64,000 nucleotides of DNA from Veillonella parvula (lineage in GTDB: Bacteria; Bacillota; Negativicutes; Veillonellales; Veillonellaceae): contig NZ_JAWFVO010000003.1 in assembly GCF_032577575.1 (NCBI RefSeq), positions 122,793 through 186,792 of the forward strand, in the 5' to 3' direction. The notes below the pieces were generated by a model. It did not search any database and was not told the origin of the DNA. It was given only the letters and a program-made list of their open reading frames with translations. Below, piece by piece: positions 29,308-39,002 of the stretch; position 1 is the first letter of the stretch; each line of letters opens with the position of its first letter. Made by a program: the position numbers and the translations under genes.

Positions 29308-30909
29308 ATGCAAGTAAATGCCATATTGTTTGATGTGCAGTCTATTCAAAAGTATATTTTTGCTAACAATAAACTGAAGGCCAATGTTGGAGCATCGTTT
29401 ATTGTGGATAGATTGTTTGAGGATGTACTGTGTAAAGAAATTATCAATAAGCTTGGGGTAGAGGCTGACACTATATCCTGGTTGACACGTAGTGACAGCA
29501 TTACATCTCTTCCAAAACCTATATACGTTGCGTATATTGGCGGCGGTAATGCTCTGGTTCTTGTAGATGATAAACATGAAAGTTTGGTTCAAGATATTGT
29601 TAAGAAATTTACGACTCAAGTTTTGGTGCAGTATCCAGGTCTAAAAGTAGGTGCCACAACTGGTTACATTACTCTTGATGGAACACAGTTTTCTGCAGAT
29701 CTCGGCAAATTATATAAACAACTGAAAGCTAATCAATTTGCATTGAATCTAATTGTGCATCCTGCCAATACAGGTTTGACAACCATTTGTGATTTCAGTG
29801 GTGATGTAGCAGATACAACGCAAAGCTTTGGTGATGACAAGCGCTTAGTTGCTACATCCTTCACAGCTAAGTTTGAAGCCTTTGAGGCTGCGAATAGCCG
29901 TTTAAAAATAGACTTATTTGGTACGGAAACGACTGATTGGGTATTTCCATCTGAATTTGAAGAGTTAGGTCAAAACCAATCTACCGAAAAGAGTAAAACA
30001 GGTATCAATGATATTGCTATCGTTCATATCGATGGTAATAACATGGGTGCTCACTTTAGACAATGTAAAACATTAGAAGAACGCAGTGCTCTTTCTAAAC
30101 GTGTAGCTACAAAGACATTGGAGAGCTTTAAAGCATTGGTGCAATGGATTATTGATAAATACGATATTCTTGATGAAAACCTCGAATTGTCTAAGAATAT
30201 GTTGCCAATCCGTCCGATTATCATTGGTGGCGATGATATTACTTTTATTTGCAATGCTCGTATTGCAGTGCAAGCCTCTCACTATTTAATGCAACAACTC
30301 TTGAGTGATAAGAACGGCATATCCATCTCTTCTTGTGCTGGTATTGCTGTAATTCCTACGTCTTACCCATTCTTTAGAGGCTATGAAATGGCAGAGCAGC
30401 TTTGCGATAGCGCTAAATCTAAAATGCGTGAATATAATGCGGTGCACAAGGTTAATGAGTCTTGTTGGATGGATTTTGCCTTCCTTCATGGTGAAACAGC
30501 ACCTACCTTGGAGCAGTTTTTCGCTAATGAATATAGTAGCTTAACCGGTAATATGCATTTTGGGCCATATCAAGTGTTTAATGATAATATTGAGGCTGAA
30601 AAAGATATATTTGCTCTTTCAAAATTATTAGAGTGTACACATCAATTTATTTTGGTTAAGGATAAAGCATATTCAGGTGATTTGCTGGCTCATAATAAGG
30701 TCAAAGAATTGCGTTCTGTATTACAAGATAATGAACATATGTGGACTGTATTCCTCGAGCAGCTGCGCAACACTAATAAATTTATGCCTACTGTATTTGG
30801 TTGGGATGCTTTCAAAGAAAAACTGTGGGCTAAGGTAAATGGTAAAATGCGTACGCCATATGTTGATGCCATAGAATTAATGGATTATGTTTTGCCTGGA
30901 TTGGAGTAA
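29308..30909 (+). CDS. cas10: Cas10, type III-D; no HD domain, intact GGDD
   Basis: FDVQSIQKYIF, YIGGGN, HIDGNNMG, IIGGDD. Confidence 0.93.
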   Translation: MQVNAILFDVQSIQKYIFANNKLKANVGASFIVDRLFEDVLCKEIINKLGVEADTISWLTRSDSITSLPKPIYVAYIGGGNALVLVDDKHESLVQDIVKKFTTQVLVQYPGLKVGATTGYITLDGTQFSADLGKLYKQLKANQFALNLIVHPANTGLTTICDFSGDVADTTQSFGDDKRLVATSFTAKFEAFEAANSRLKIDLFGTETTDWVFPSEFEELGQNQSTEKSKTGINDIAIVHIDGNNMGAHFRQCKTLEERSALSKRVATKTLESFKALVQWIIDKYDILDENLELSKNMLPIRPIIIGGDDITFICNARIAVQASHYLMQQLLSDKNGISISSCAGIAVIPTSYPFFRGYEMAEQLCDSAKSKMREYNAVHKVNESCWMDFAFLHGETAPTLEQFFANEYSSLTGNMHFGPYQVFNDNIEAEKDIFALSKLLECTHQFILVKDKAYSGDLLAHNKVKELRSVLQDNEHMWTVFLEQLRNTNKFMPTVFGWDAFKEKLWAKVNGKMRTPYVDAIELMDYVLPGLE

Positions 30910-30911
30910 GT

Positions 30912-31559
30912 ATGTACACATTAACTATTAAATTATTGTCGCCAACGATGCTTATGTCTGGCCAAGGCGATGTCAACACGGACAGCACTATCGTCCATGA
31001 TCGTTATGGAATTCCTTTTATTCCTGCTAAACGTGTGCGTGGTGTTTTATATGAAAGTGCCATTGAAGTAGCTGAAATGATGTATGCCGTAGGTTTGAAT
31101 ACCTTTACTATTGATGATGTAAAGGTATTGTTTAATCGCCTTGAAGGTGCAGAGGATAACCCTAGATTATCTATTTCTAATTTAACAATTGCTGATTATG
31201 ACGTGGTAGCTAGTGAATTAGCGGCTCTTGAAGAGCAATATCCAGCAGTGTTTACGAAGGAACGTGTCCTCGAAGAGTACACATCTATGCGTTATTACAC
31301 ATCTATCGATCAAGTAACAGGTACAGCACTAGAGGGGACGTTGCATAACTCTCGCGTTCTCAATAGAGGTCTTGCTTTCAGTGGTCAAATCGATGTGGAA
31401 GATATGACGGAATTAGAACGATTGATTTTAGCATGTGCAGTGCGTAATTTGACTGGCATTGGTGGTAAACGTAATCGTGGCTTTGGTCAAGTGGAATGCA
31501 TAATTGATGACACATCTTTTGATTTAGAATCTTTAGGGGGTACATTATGGAACAAGTAA
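30912..31559 (+). CDS. csm3: Cas7/Csm3-like RAMP
   Basis: PFIPAKRVRG, IGGKRNRGFG. Confidence 0.85.
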   Translation: MYTLTIKLLSPTMLMSGQGDVNTDSTIVHDRYGIPFIPAKRVRGVLYESAIEVAEMMYAVGLNTFTIDDVKVLFNRLEGAEDNPRLSISNLTIADYDVVASELAALEEQYPAVFTKERVLEEYTSMRYYTSIDQVTGTALEGTLHNSRVLNRGLAFSGQIDVEDMTELERLILACAVRNLTGIGGKRNRGFGQVECIIDDTSFDLESLGGTLWNK

Positions 31560-33124
31560 ATATTACGATTACCGTTAAATCCCCAACGCTTATTGCGAAT
31601 TCCTCCACGGCAGGTGTATTAACATCTACACGTGGCTCTATTGATGGTCGAGTATTGCGCGGTCTTTTTGCTTCTCAGTTTATTTCCTCTCATAAACTTG
31701 GTAGAGAAGCTCATAAAAACCAGGATTTTATGAAGTTATTCTATGGTGACTTACGATTTGTTGCTGCTTATAAGCATACGCCAAAAGGTACGTCCTTCCC
31801 AGCACCGTTGAGCTTACAAAAGAACAAAAATGCAGAAGGCTATGCCAGTGATGATGCCGTAGACTTCTACACGGGTAAAGATCTTTTGGGTTTTAAAGGT
31901 GTTAAAGGTTTTGTCATTGTAGATGGCAAAGAATGTAGTCCTGTACAAATTGAAACGGCTATTAAATTACATATGTCTCGTTCCTTAGAGCAAGAACGTG
32001 TGCAAGGTCGCAGTAAAGATGGTAATATCTTTAATTATGAATACATTGAGCCAAATCAAGTATTTGTAGGTTCTGTGGTGGGGCCTAAAGCTGCATTAGA
32101 AGAGTTTGTTCGTCAATTCCCTAAACAGTTGGATTGTCATATCGGTCGCTCTCGTCGTACTGAATATGGTCATTGTCTCGTTGAAATTGGTGATATTACA
32201 GTTGTTCCAACGCCAGTAAATATTGGTAACTCTGTATATGTGCGACTTCATACGCCATTAGTGTTAGGCAATGAATCTATTAGTCATGTAGTAGCACAAG
32301 CAGTACAACCGATTGGTTCAGATATCTCTGTAGGTACTGTGTTTGCCTCTTATCAAGAGGAGCAAAGCTTTAATAGTATTTGGGGCGTTCGTAGTAGTGC
32401 TGAAGCGTCTGCATCTGCTGGTAGTATCGTAGAGCTTGTAAAGGAATCTGGTTGGTCTCAAGATGATCTAGATAAACTACAAAATATCTTGTATAACGGC
32501 ATGGGTACTCGACTTCAAGAGGGCTATGGTCAAGGCCGTTTATGGACTCCTGGCGAGTTCAAGATGGTGAAATTAGGTAAGCAAGAAGCACCTAAGCTCA
32601 AATCTTTACATACGCCAACACAAGAAATTGCTAAAAAGGTTTTGGAAAAACAAGTTATTGTAAATGCTCGTTTGCGTGCTGCTCACGATGTAGATACATA
32701 TATTAAACGTACTATGTCTAGAAGTGGTGTATCTAAGCATTTTGCATCTGTACTATTGACTGAACTTGGTACAAATCATGAAACTGGTCATAAGCAATTA
32801 CAACAATTCTTGGAAGACAAGAAGGCAGAAGGACAAAAGAAAAATGAGCCTAGAGTTATTGAAAAGAACTTGCGTGAGTTCCATTTAGAGCATGCTTATA
32901 CGCGGAGTGAAACAAAGCGTGTTAACTTGATGGAGTATATCATTGATTTTGATGCTCCTACATTAGTGGCAGCTTGTTTGGCAAAATCTGGTGAAAGTGG
33001 AACATACTACGAAATTCCTGCTGAATTAGTCGATATAGTAGGGCTCGACAAACAAAAACTTTCAAATGTAGTGGCCTACGAATATTGGACATATTTCTTT
33101 AGACATATTAGAAAGATTAAGTAA
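31547..33124 (+). CDS. csx10: Csx10-like Cas5 RAMP with helical (Cas11-like) C-terminus
   Basis: IDGRVLRG, IGRSRRTEYG, GMGTRLQEGYG; ends YWTYFFR. Confidence 0.75.
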   Translation: MEQVNITITVKSPTLIANSSTAGVLTSTRGSIDGRVLRGLFASQFISSHKLGREAHKNQDFMKLFYGDLRFVAAYKHTPKGTSFPAPLSLQKNKNAEGYASDDAVDFYTGKDLLGFKGVKGFVIVDGKECSPVQIETAIKLHMSRSLEQERVQGRSKDGNIFNYEYIEPNQVFVGSVVGPKAALEEFVRQFPKQLDCHIGRSRRTEYGHCLVEIGDITVVPTPVNIGNSVYVRLHTPLVLGNESISHVVAQAVQPIGSDISVGTVFASYQEEQSFNSIWGVRSSAEASASAGSIVELVKESGWSQDDLDKLQNILYNGMGTRLQEGYGQGRLWTPGEFKMVKLGKQEAPKLKSLHTPTQEIAKKVLEKQVIVNARLRAAHDVDTYIKRTMSRSGVSKHFASVLLTELGTNHETGHKQLQQFLEDKKAEGQKKNEPRVIEKNLREFHLEHAYTRSETKRVNLMEYIIDFDAPTLVAACLAKSGESGTYYEIPAELVDIVGLDKQKLSNVVAYEYWTYFFRHIRKIK

Positions 33125-33137
33125 GGAGGACCGTCGT

Positions 33138-34472
33138 ATGTTAAACTCTGCAAGTGTAATAGGGCGGTACACTCTAACTGGTACTGTCAAACTCACAAGC
33201 CCTCTCGTTATTCGAGCTGGTGTTAGTAATGATATTTTAAATGATACTGTAGACGATATTGTAGTAACCTATCACGATGGCCAACCATTCATTCCTGGGA
33301 CATCCTTAGCAGGCGTATTGCGCCAAGCGATTCAAGGCCTTAAACCTGTATCTGAAGATGTATTATTTGGTTCCATTGATGACAAAGGTACACAAAGCGC
33401 ATTACAGATCAATGATATTCCATTAGATAATACAAATATTGTCGTTCGTGATGGCATCTGTATAGACGATGTGCGTGGTGTCACTAAAGATGGCGCAAAA
33501 TATGACTTCGAAGTCATCGAGTCTGGTGCGACTGGTCGATTGCGTATCGATTGCGTGATTCGTCAATGCCACGAAAATCAAGCGGATAAGATTGAGCGAG
33601 CTCTTGTAGCGTTAGCTAATCTACTTAAAAACGGCATCTCCATTGGTGCTCGTACGGTGAATGGTTTAGGTCGCATAACATGTAAAGATATTTCTTTAGA
33701 GCATTATGACTTCACTAAGCCAGAACATGTAAAAGCGTGGTTATTACGCAAAGTTGGTACATCTGTTGCTATTCCTGAGCAACGCATGATTGCTGAAAAA
33801 GACCTTGTTATAGATATGGAATGCTATTTAGAAGATACTGTTCTTATTAAATCTATCTTCGAAGAGGCTTGGGAAGATAAGTCCGTGGCTCTCTTTATTC
33901 CAGGTACATCAATTAAGGGCGTATTACGTCACCATTGTAGCTGTATACTACAGGTATTAGGCCGTAGCAATCAAGCGGTGGATGCACTCTTTGGCTATAG
34001 CATTGAAAAAACCAATGAAAGCCGTAAAGGTCGTGTTATGGTAGATGAAGTTTACTTTGATAAATCTTTTACACAAGAGGAGCAACCTCGCATTCGCATG
34101 GACCGCTTTACAGGCGGTGCCATGAATGGTGCTTTATTCCAAGACCATCCTGTACGTAAGGGGAAAGGTAAAGAGTTAGTATTCCCATTGTGTATGACTG
34201 TTAAAGACTGTAGTGATAGTGAAGCGGGCCTTGTGCTACTCCTTGTGAAAGATCTTATGACAGGTCAAATTACGTTGGGTGCTAATCGTACAATCGGTTA
34301 TGGCCGCATTAAAGGTAATTCTGTTACGGCTCAATATCATGGTGAACGTTATAGTATCGATGATACTGGTAAGGTTACGGAAGGTGAAGCTACTAAACTT
34401 GAAGCTTTGGTTCAAGCGTTACATCAATCTACAGAAGATACAATGTTAGCTAAGGAGGGCACTCATGAGTAA
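33138..34472 (+). CDS. Tandem Cas7-Cas7 RAMP
   Basis: Two IPGTS.G motifs and two G-loops (IGARTVNGLG, LGANRTIGYG). Confidence 0.85.
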   Translation: MLNSASVIGRYTLTGTVKLTSPLVIRAGVSNDILNDTVDDIVVTYHDGQPFIPGTSLAGVLRQAIQGLKPVSEDVLFGSIDDKGTQSALQINDIPLDNTNIVVRDGICIDDVRGVTKDGAKYDFEVIESGATGRLRIDCVIRQCHENQADKIERALVALANLLKNGISIGARTVNGLGRITCKDISLEHYDFTKPEHVKAWLLRKVGTSVAIPEQRMIAEKDLVIDMECYLEDTVLIKSIFEEAWEDKSVALFIPGTSIKGVLRHHCSCILQVLGRSNQAVDALFGYSIEKTNESRKGRVMVDEVYFDKSFTQEEQPRIRMDRFTGGAMNGALFQDHPVRKGKGKELVFPLCMTVKDCSDSEAGLVLLLVKDLMTGQITLGANRTIGYGRIKGNSVTAQYHGERYSIDDTGKVTEGEATKLEALVQALHQSTEDTMLAKEGTHE

Positions 34473-35028
34473 ACAATTACATAGCCATGAAGGTGTATAT
34501 ACACGTACTAGCGGTACATGCGGCCCTACAGCTAATGTGAACGTACTAGCTGTAGTAAATGAATACATGAAGCAAGAGGGCCTAGTTATTACTTGGTCTG
34601 TCCATGAAGTTAAATGGGGCTATTACAAGCAAGGTAGTTTCCAATTTTCTGATGGTACAACTGACGTAGACTTGGCGTATCTACAAGATATGCGTATCTT
34701 TAATGAAACAGAAGAGTTGCGTCTCACTATACAACATGGTGAGATTGTATATCGCTATATTAACGATGAAGCTGGTGAACCTGTAACTTTTGTTGACTCT
34801 TCCTCTCGTATGATTGGTGAAGTTGATGCAGGTCGTACTCAGTTGAACCGAGCAGAAGGATTTACAAACTTAGTTGATACAGGACGTAAACTTTCACAAA
34901 CTATCCCTGTGTCCACAACAAAACAATACTGTTATTTAACGACACGCAATTACATTGGCTATTTAGATAATCATCAAGCGAGCTATACAGATTATCGATA
35001 TGTCAAAATCGTAGATAAGGAGGTCTAG
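34465..35028 (+). CDS. csx19: Csx19
   Basis: YLQDMRIFNETEELR, RNYI.Y, DYRY; position in the III-D operon. Confidence 0.8.
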   Translation: MSKQLHSHEGVYTRTSGTCGPTANVNVLAVVNEYMKQEGLVITWSVHEVKWGYYKQGSFQFSDGTTDVDLAYLQDMRIFNETEELRLTIQHGEIVYRYINDEAGEPVTFVDSSSRMIGEVDAGRTQLNRAEGFTNLVDTGRKLSQTIPVSTTKQYCYLTTRNYIGYLDNHQASYTDYRYVKIVDKEV

Positions 35029-35029
35029 T

Positions 35030-37042
35030 ATGGCTGGTAAAGGTAAAAGTAAAAATAGACATGCTGCTAGTGCGGCCTTCTTTGCACGAAATAATCCAGG
35101 AATGGATGTTGAAAAAGTAGCTAATGAAAGACATTCTGGCGGAAATCGTGGTGGTGGGCAAAATCGTTCTGGTGGCTATAATAATTCCTACAATAATCAA
35201 GGCGGTAATCGTAGTGGTGGTAACAGCAAATACCCAAGTGAGCCAGCAAGTGCAGCGTATAATTTTGTACGCTTGCCAGAGCATGTAATTCCAGCTGAGT
35301 TTTACAATGGTCATTTTGAAGGAGTTACGAAAGACGTGTTGAAGGCTTATTGTGATCATGTACAACAAGCTGATATACATACAGGTTATATAGACCTTAC
35401 CATTACAACTGAAACACCTCTATTCATTGGTGGACCGTCTAAACAAGACGAGGATACACCACTTGAATTTTATGGTGGCCAAGATAATCCTACAATTCCG
35501 GGGACAAGCCTTAAAGGTATGGTAAAACAAATCTTCAAGATTGTTACAGCTAGTAGCTTTAGACCATACCAACGGGGAACGGGTCTTGGTGATTTCGAAG
35601 ATAGATATCTTTATTTCCGTGATTTTGCAAGCTCTATTAAATCCCTCAAAGAATACTATGCTGCTCGTATGGTGGGAAAGGAAATAAATGCAAAAGGTGA
35701 AGAAAAGGCTGCTACAAAAGCGACACCTGGCTTTATCATTCAGACTGTAGATAATAACTATTTTGCTATACCTAGTGAATCTAGAAAAATGTCTTATTCT
35801 GACGATTATGAAATGCAGAAGAAGAAAAATACTCCGTCTATTGATTGGACGGATCAGTATGTAAACATCCATACTGGTAGAATGAATTCTAAAATGTCTT
35901 ATATGCGTATTACTCGACCTGGTAATTTTGAAGGTAAGCGCATTCCGATTCTTCAAGAATGTATCGACAGTTATAAAGACGATAAAAACCGTGGTACATT
36001 AAATCTATTGGATAAAAAAGTCGGTAAATCTGGTGATGCAGCCAAGAATTATACTCGTTGTAATGATGTTAAGTTTGTAGTACCATGTTTCTTCTCTGAA
36101 AAAGATGGTATTGTAGAGCATTTTGGTCATGGTCGATTCTATCGTATTGCATATGACTTGAAAATTAGCGACCACTTACCAACTACATTAGAGCAACATA
36201 ATAATGGTGTGGATCTTTGTGATAGTGTATTTGGCTATGGCGATAATTGGGCTGGCCGCTTATCCTTCTCCGATGCTCATGTTGTGGGACCTGTGAGAAT
36301 GTGCCAATCTGATTACCCACATCCATTGATGGGGCCTAATCCAACATCCTTTCAATTGTATTTAGAGCAAGATGTAGATAATCACTCCACTTATAACCAT
36401 TGGGGGCATGAAGGGGCATCCATTCGCGGTTATAAAATGTACTGGCATCAACCGTTAGCAAAAGTAAAAGATTGGACTCGTACAGAAGAGGAAAAAGCCA
36501 TTAAAGGTACTCGTAAAATTCGTCCAGTTGATACTGGCGTTACCTTTAAAAGCCGCATTCATTTTGACCGATTAAGCAGCGTTGAGCTAGGCGCATTGTT
36601 GATGTCCTTAGATTTAGATCATTACTCTGGCGGTAATCGTCGTACATACTATAAACTTGGTATGGGAAAATCCATCGGTTTTGGTAGTATTAAACTAGAG
36701 TCTGCTGTAACGGTTTTCGATAGTAAAGAACGCTATGGCAGCCTATTCGGTGGTGATACTTGGAATACTGGAGATAGCACAACTACTCCTAATGAGTATG
36801 TAGATTCTTTCACTCAGTATCGCGATAATGTACTAGGTTCTAACATATCCTCTTATAAAGCGATGCTAGATGATTTGTTCATGATGCTAGATTGGAATAT
36901 TGCTAATGGTCCAAATGCAGCTAAAAACTGGACTGATGGTATTTCTATGATGACCATTAAGAATAATAAAATGGATCCTCGTATCAAATACCGTAGCAAG
37001 CTAGATACACCTAAATCCTTCATCGCAAAGTGGTCTAAATAA
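35030..37042 (+). CDS. Cas7 with large insertion (TIGR03986-like)
   Basis: AAYNFV, IPGTSLKG, IRGYKMYWH, KLGMGKSIGFGSI. Confidence 0.88.
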   Translation: MAGKGKSKNRHAASAAFFARNNPGMDVEKVANERHSGGNRGGGQNRSGGYNNSYNNQGGNRSGGNSKYPSEPASAAYNFVRLPEHVIPAEFYNGHFEGVTKDVLKAYCDHVQQADIHTGYIDLTITTETPLFIGGPSKQDEDTPLEFYGGQDNPTIPGTSLKGMVKQIFKIVTASSFRPYQRGTGLGDFEDRYLYFRDFASSIKSLKEYYAARMVGKEINAKGEEKAATKATPGFIIQTVDNNYFAIPSESRKMSYSDDYEMQKKKNTPSIDWTDQYVNIHTGRMNSKMSYMRITRPGNFEGKRIPILQECIDSYKDDKNRGTLNLLDKKVGKSGDAAKNYTRCNDVKFVVPCFFSEKDGIVEHFGHGRFYRIAYDLKISDHLPTTLEQHNNGVDLCDSVFGYGDNWAGRLSFSDAHVVGPVRMCQSDYPHPLMGPNPTSFQLYLEQDVDNHSTYNHWGHEGASIRGYKMYWHQPLAKVKDWTRTEEEKAIKGTRKIRPVDTGVTFKSRIHFDRLSSVELGALLMSLDLDHYSGGNRRTYYKLGMGKSIGFGSIKLESAVTVFDSKERYGSLFGGDTWNTGDSTTTPNEYVDSFTQYRDNVLGSNISSYKAMLDDLFMMLDWNIANGPNAAKNWTDGISMMTIKNNKMDPRIKYRSKLDTPKSFIAKWSK

Positions 37043-37845
37043 TGCTAGGCACAGTTACTATTGCTTTAGAAGCTCAAAATAGAGGCAGCTTGCCTGCCTT
37101 TCCTGGGCGATATCTACATGCAGCACTCTTCTCTATTCTTAGTCATATAGATGCAGATGAGGCTACATGGTGGCATGATATGGAAGGAATAAAGCCTTTC
37201 TCACTACAATTATCCTTTAAAGAGCTTCGTCAAGATAATATCATTCGATGTGGGGATATCTTATATTTACATGTTTCTGTATGGCATAGTGAGTTATGGG
37301 GATTAGTAGAAGGTATATCTGAGGGCTTAGAAGTAGTCTTTGGTAGACTACGAACTACAATTGTAGGGGTTCGTTACGGGGCACCGTTTAATCTACCGTT
37401 GAAAGTAGATAATGAACTGGAGCTCATCAGTCGGCGCCTTTCTGCAAAACAGGTGAGACGTATTACTTTTGAAGTTATGATGCCTACATCCTTTAATGGG
37501 ACACATGGAGATATAACCTTTCCTACAGTAAGTCTTATTTTTTCCTCACTTGTAGACAAATGGAATGCTGGTGATATGACCGATGCATTAAATAAGGATT
37601 TAATACGGACGGTCGTTGAGAAGGTTACTCTTGAACGCTGGGAAGGTCATACAAAACGCGTGTTTTATGGTCGTGATCGTGGCCTTACTGGTTTTGTAGG
37701 CAAGTTTACCTTTAATATTTCTAAACTTACAGAAGAGGAAAACCAACTCATTACTATTTTGGCACTCTTCGGTCAGCACAGTGGCATAGGTAGATTATCT
37801 AGCCAAAGTCTTGGTCAAGTACGTGTTACATTACAAAACAAATAG
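37042..37845 (+). CDS. cas6: Second Cas6
   Basis: YLHAALF, KPFS, PTSF, GFVG, GIGRLSSQSLG. Confidence 0.88.
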   Translation: MLGTVTIALEAQNRGSLPAFPGRYLHAALFSILSHIDADEATWWHDMEGIKPFSLQLSFKELRQDNIIRCGDILYLHVSVWHSELWGLVEGISEGLEVVFGRLRTTIVGVRYGAPFNLPLKVDNELELISRRLSAKQVRRITFEVMMPTSFNGTHGDITFPTVSLIFSSLVDKWNAGDMTDALNKDLIRTVVEKVTLERWEGHTKRVFYGRDRGLTGFVGKFTFNISKLTEEENQLITILALFGQHSGIGRLSSQSLGQVRVTLQNK

Positions 37846-38008
37846 GACATATAGTCCATACAACTAAATTCTATGGGAGCATAGATATAGTTACTCTCAA
37901 TGAAAGAAGCCTTAAAGGCATCTGTTATAGATGTCTTTGAGGCTTCTTTTTGTTCCTAGTTTTTTTGATTATCTCCATTTTTGGATTACTCGTATAATGA
38001 ACACACAA

Positions 38009-38176
38009 GTTAAGCCTGAGGGGTAAAGCATCGAGTAATCATTTTACCTCCTATGAGCATGATATTTCTCCTTTTATAAAATAAAATTTCTCCTTTCTAC
38101 ACACATGAACCCTTTAGGGTTTTGAGGCCGTCTTTAACGGTTTAAAATTTAGCGATGCTCGCCTCACAGGTTTAAC
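38009..38176 (+). ncRNA. Putative structured RNA with three anti-SD motifs
   Basis: 5'/3' pairing GTTAAGCCTG/CAGGTTTAAC and AGCATCG/CGATGCT; CCTCCT and two CTCCTTT in the loop; begins just after the -10 at 37993. Confidence 0.55.
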
Positions 38177-38338
38177 AGTAATTTTAATGTTTGTGTTAAT
38201 TGATAGTATGGTTTCTTTCTTGATGGGTGTTGTTATTTTTTGATGATTGTTTGATTGGTCTTATAGTTGTAAGTGTTGTTTGTTTTATTGTATAGTTTGA
38301 AATTTTGTTATATGTAGTTTTTACACATGGAGGTTCTT

Positions 38339-39001
38339 ATGGAACAGTTAATTAGACGTTTTACTTTATCTAGCAATGAATATTTATCTCGTGATTGTGT
38401 TGGTTATTATCGTGACTTGTATTTACGCTTTCGTGAGCCAGGAAATCCTGATTTTCTTAATACCTTAAAAAATACATTGAACAACTATTGTCCTAGTGTC
38501 CTAAAATCTGCCCGTCAGGAAGTGTATGATAGAGTAAAAAGGGATATTCCCGATATCATGAAGGCTGAAAAGCTTGAGGAGGCGGTTGTTGCCGTTGTAC
38601 CTAGATCTAAAGCCCTTATGTCACCTAACCAGTTAGGCTTCCGCGATGCGGTGCAAGAGTGTGTCAGAATATTACAGGCCAACGGATACTCAGGTATCAG
38701 AGATGGCATCGGTTGTATTATGCGACATACAAATACGAAGACAACACATATTCATAAAAATTTGCCAGGCTTTGATAATTGCGGTAGCGAGCCCTATGTG
38801 GGCATTACAAATGACACTTGTCATATTGACGCCGATGCAGTTCGAGGCAAAACGGTTATTTTAATTGATGATATTTATACAAAAACAGTGAACGTTGATG
38901 AGGATTGTATTCAGGCATTATATGATGCGGGCGCAGCTCGTGTTGTATTCTACGCCGTTGCATACACCTACCGTCGTTCTTCTTATAGAAAAGGGGCATA
39001 A
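38339..39001 (+). CDS. Phosphoribosyltransferase (ComF/ShosT-like)
   Basis: VVPRSK, PRPP loop VILIDDIYTKT, GAARV. Confidence 0.85.
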   Translation: MEQLIRRFTLSSNEYLSRDCVGYYRDLYLRFREPGNPDFLNTLKNTLNNYCPSVLKSARQEVYDRVKRDIPDIMKAEKLEEAVVAVVPRSKALMSPNQLGFRDAVQECVRILQANGYSGIRDGIGCIMRHTNTKTTHIHKNLPGFDNCGSEPYVGITNDTCHIDADAVRGKTVILIDDIYTKTVNVDEDCIQALYDAGAARVVFYAVAYTYRRSSYRKGA

Positions 39002-39002
39002 T

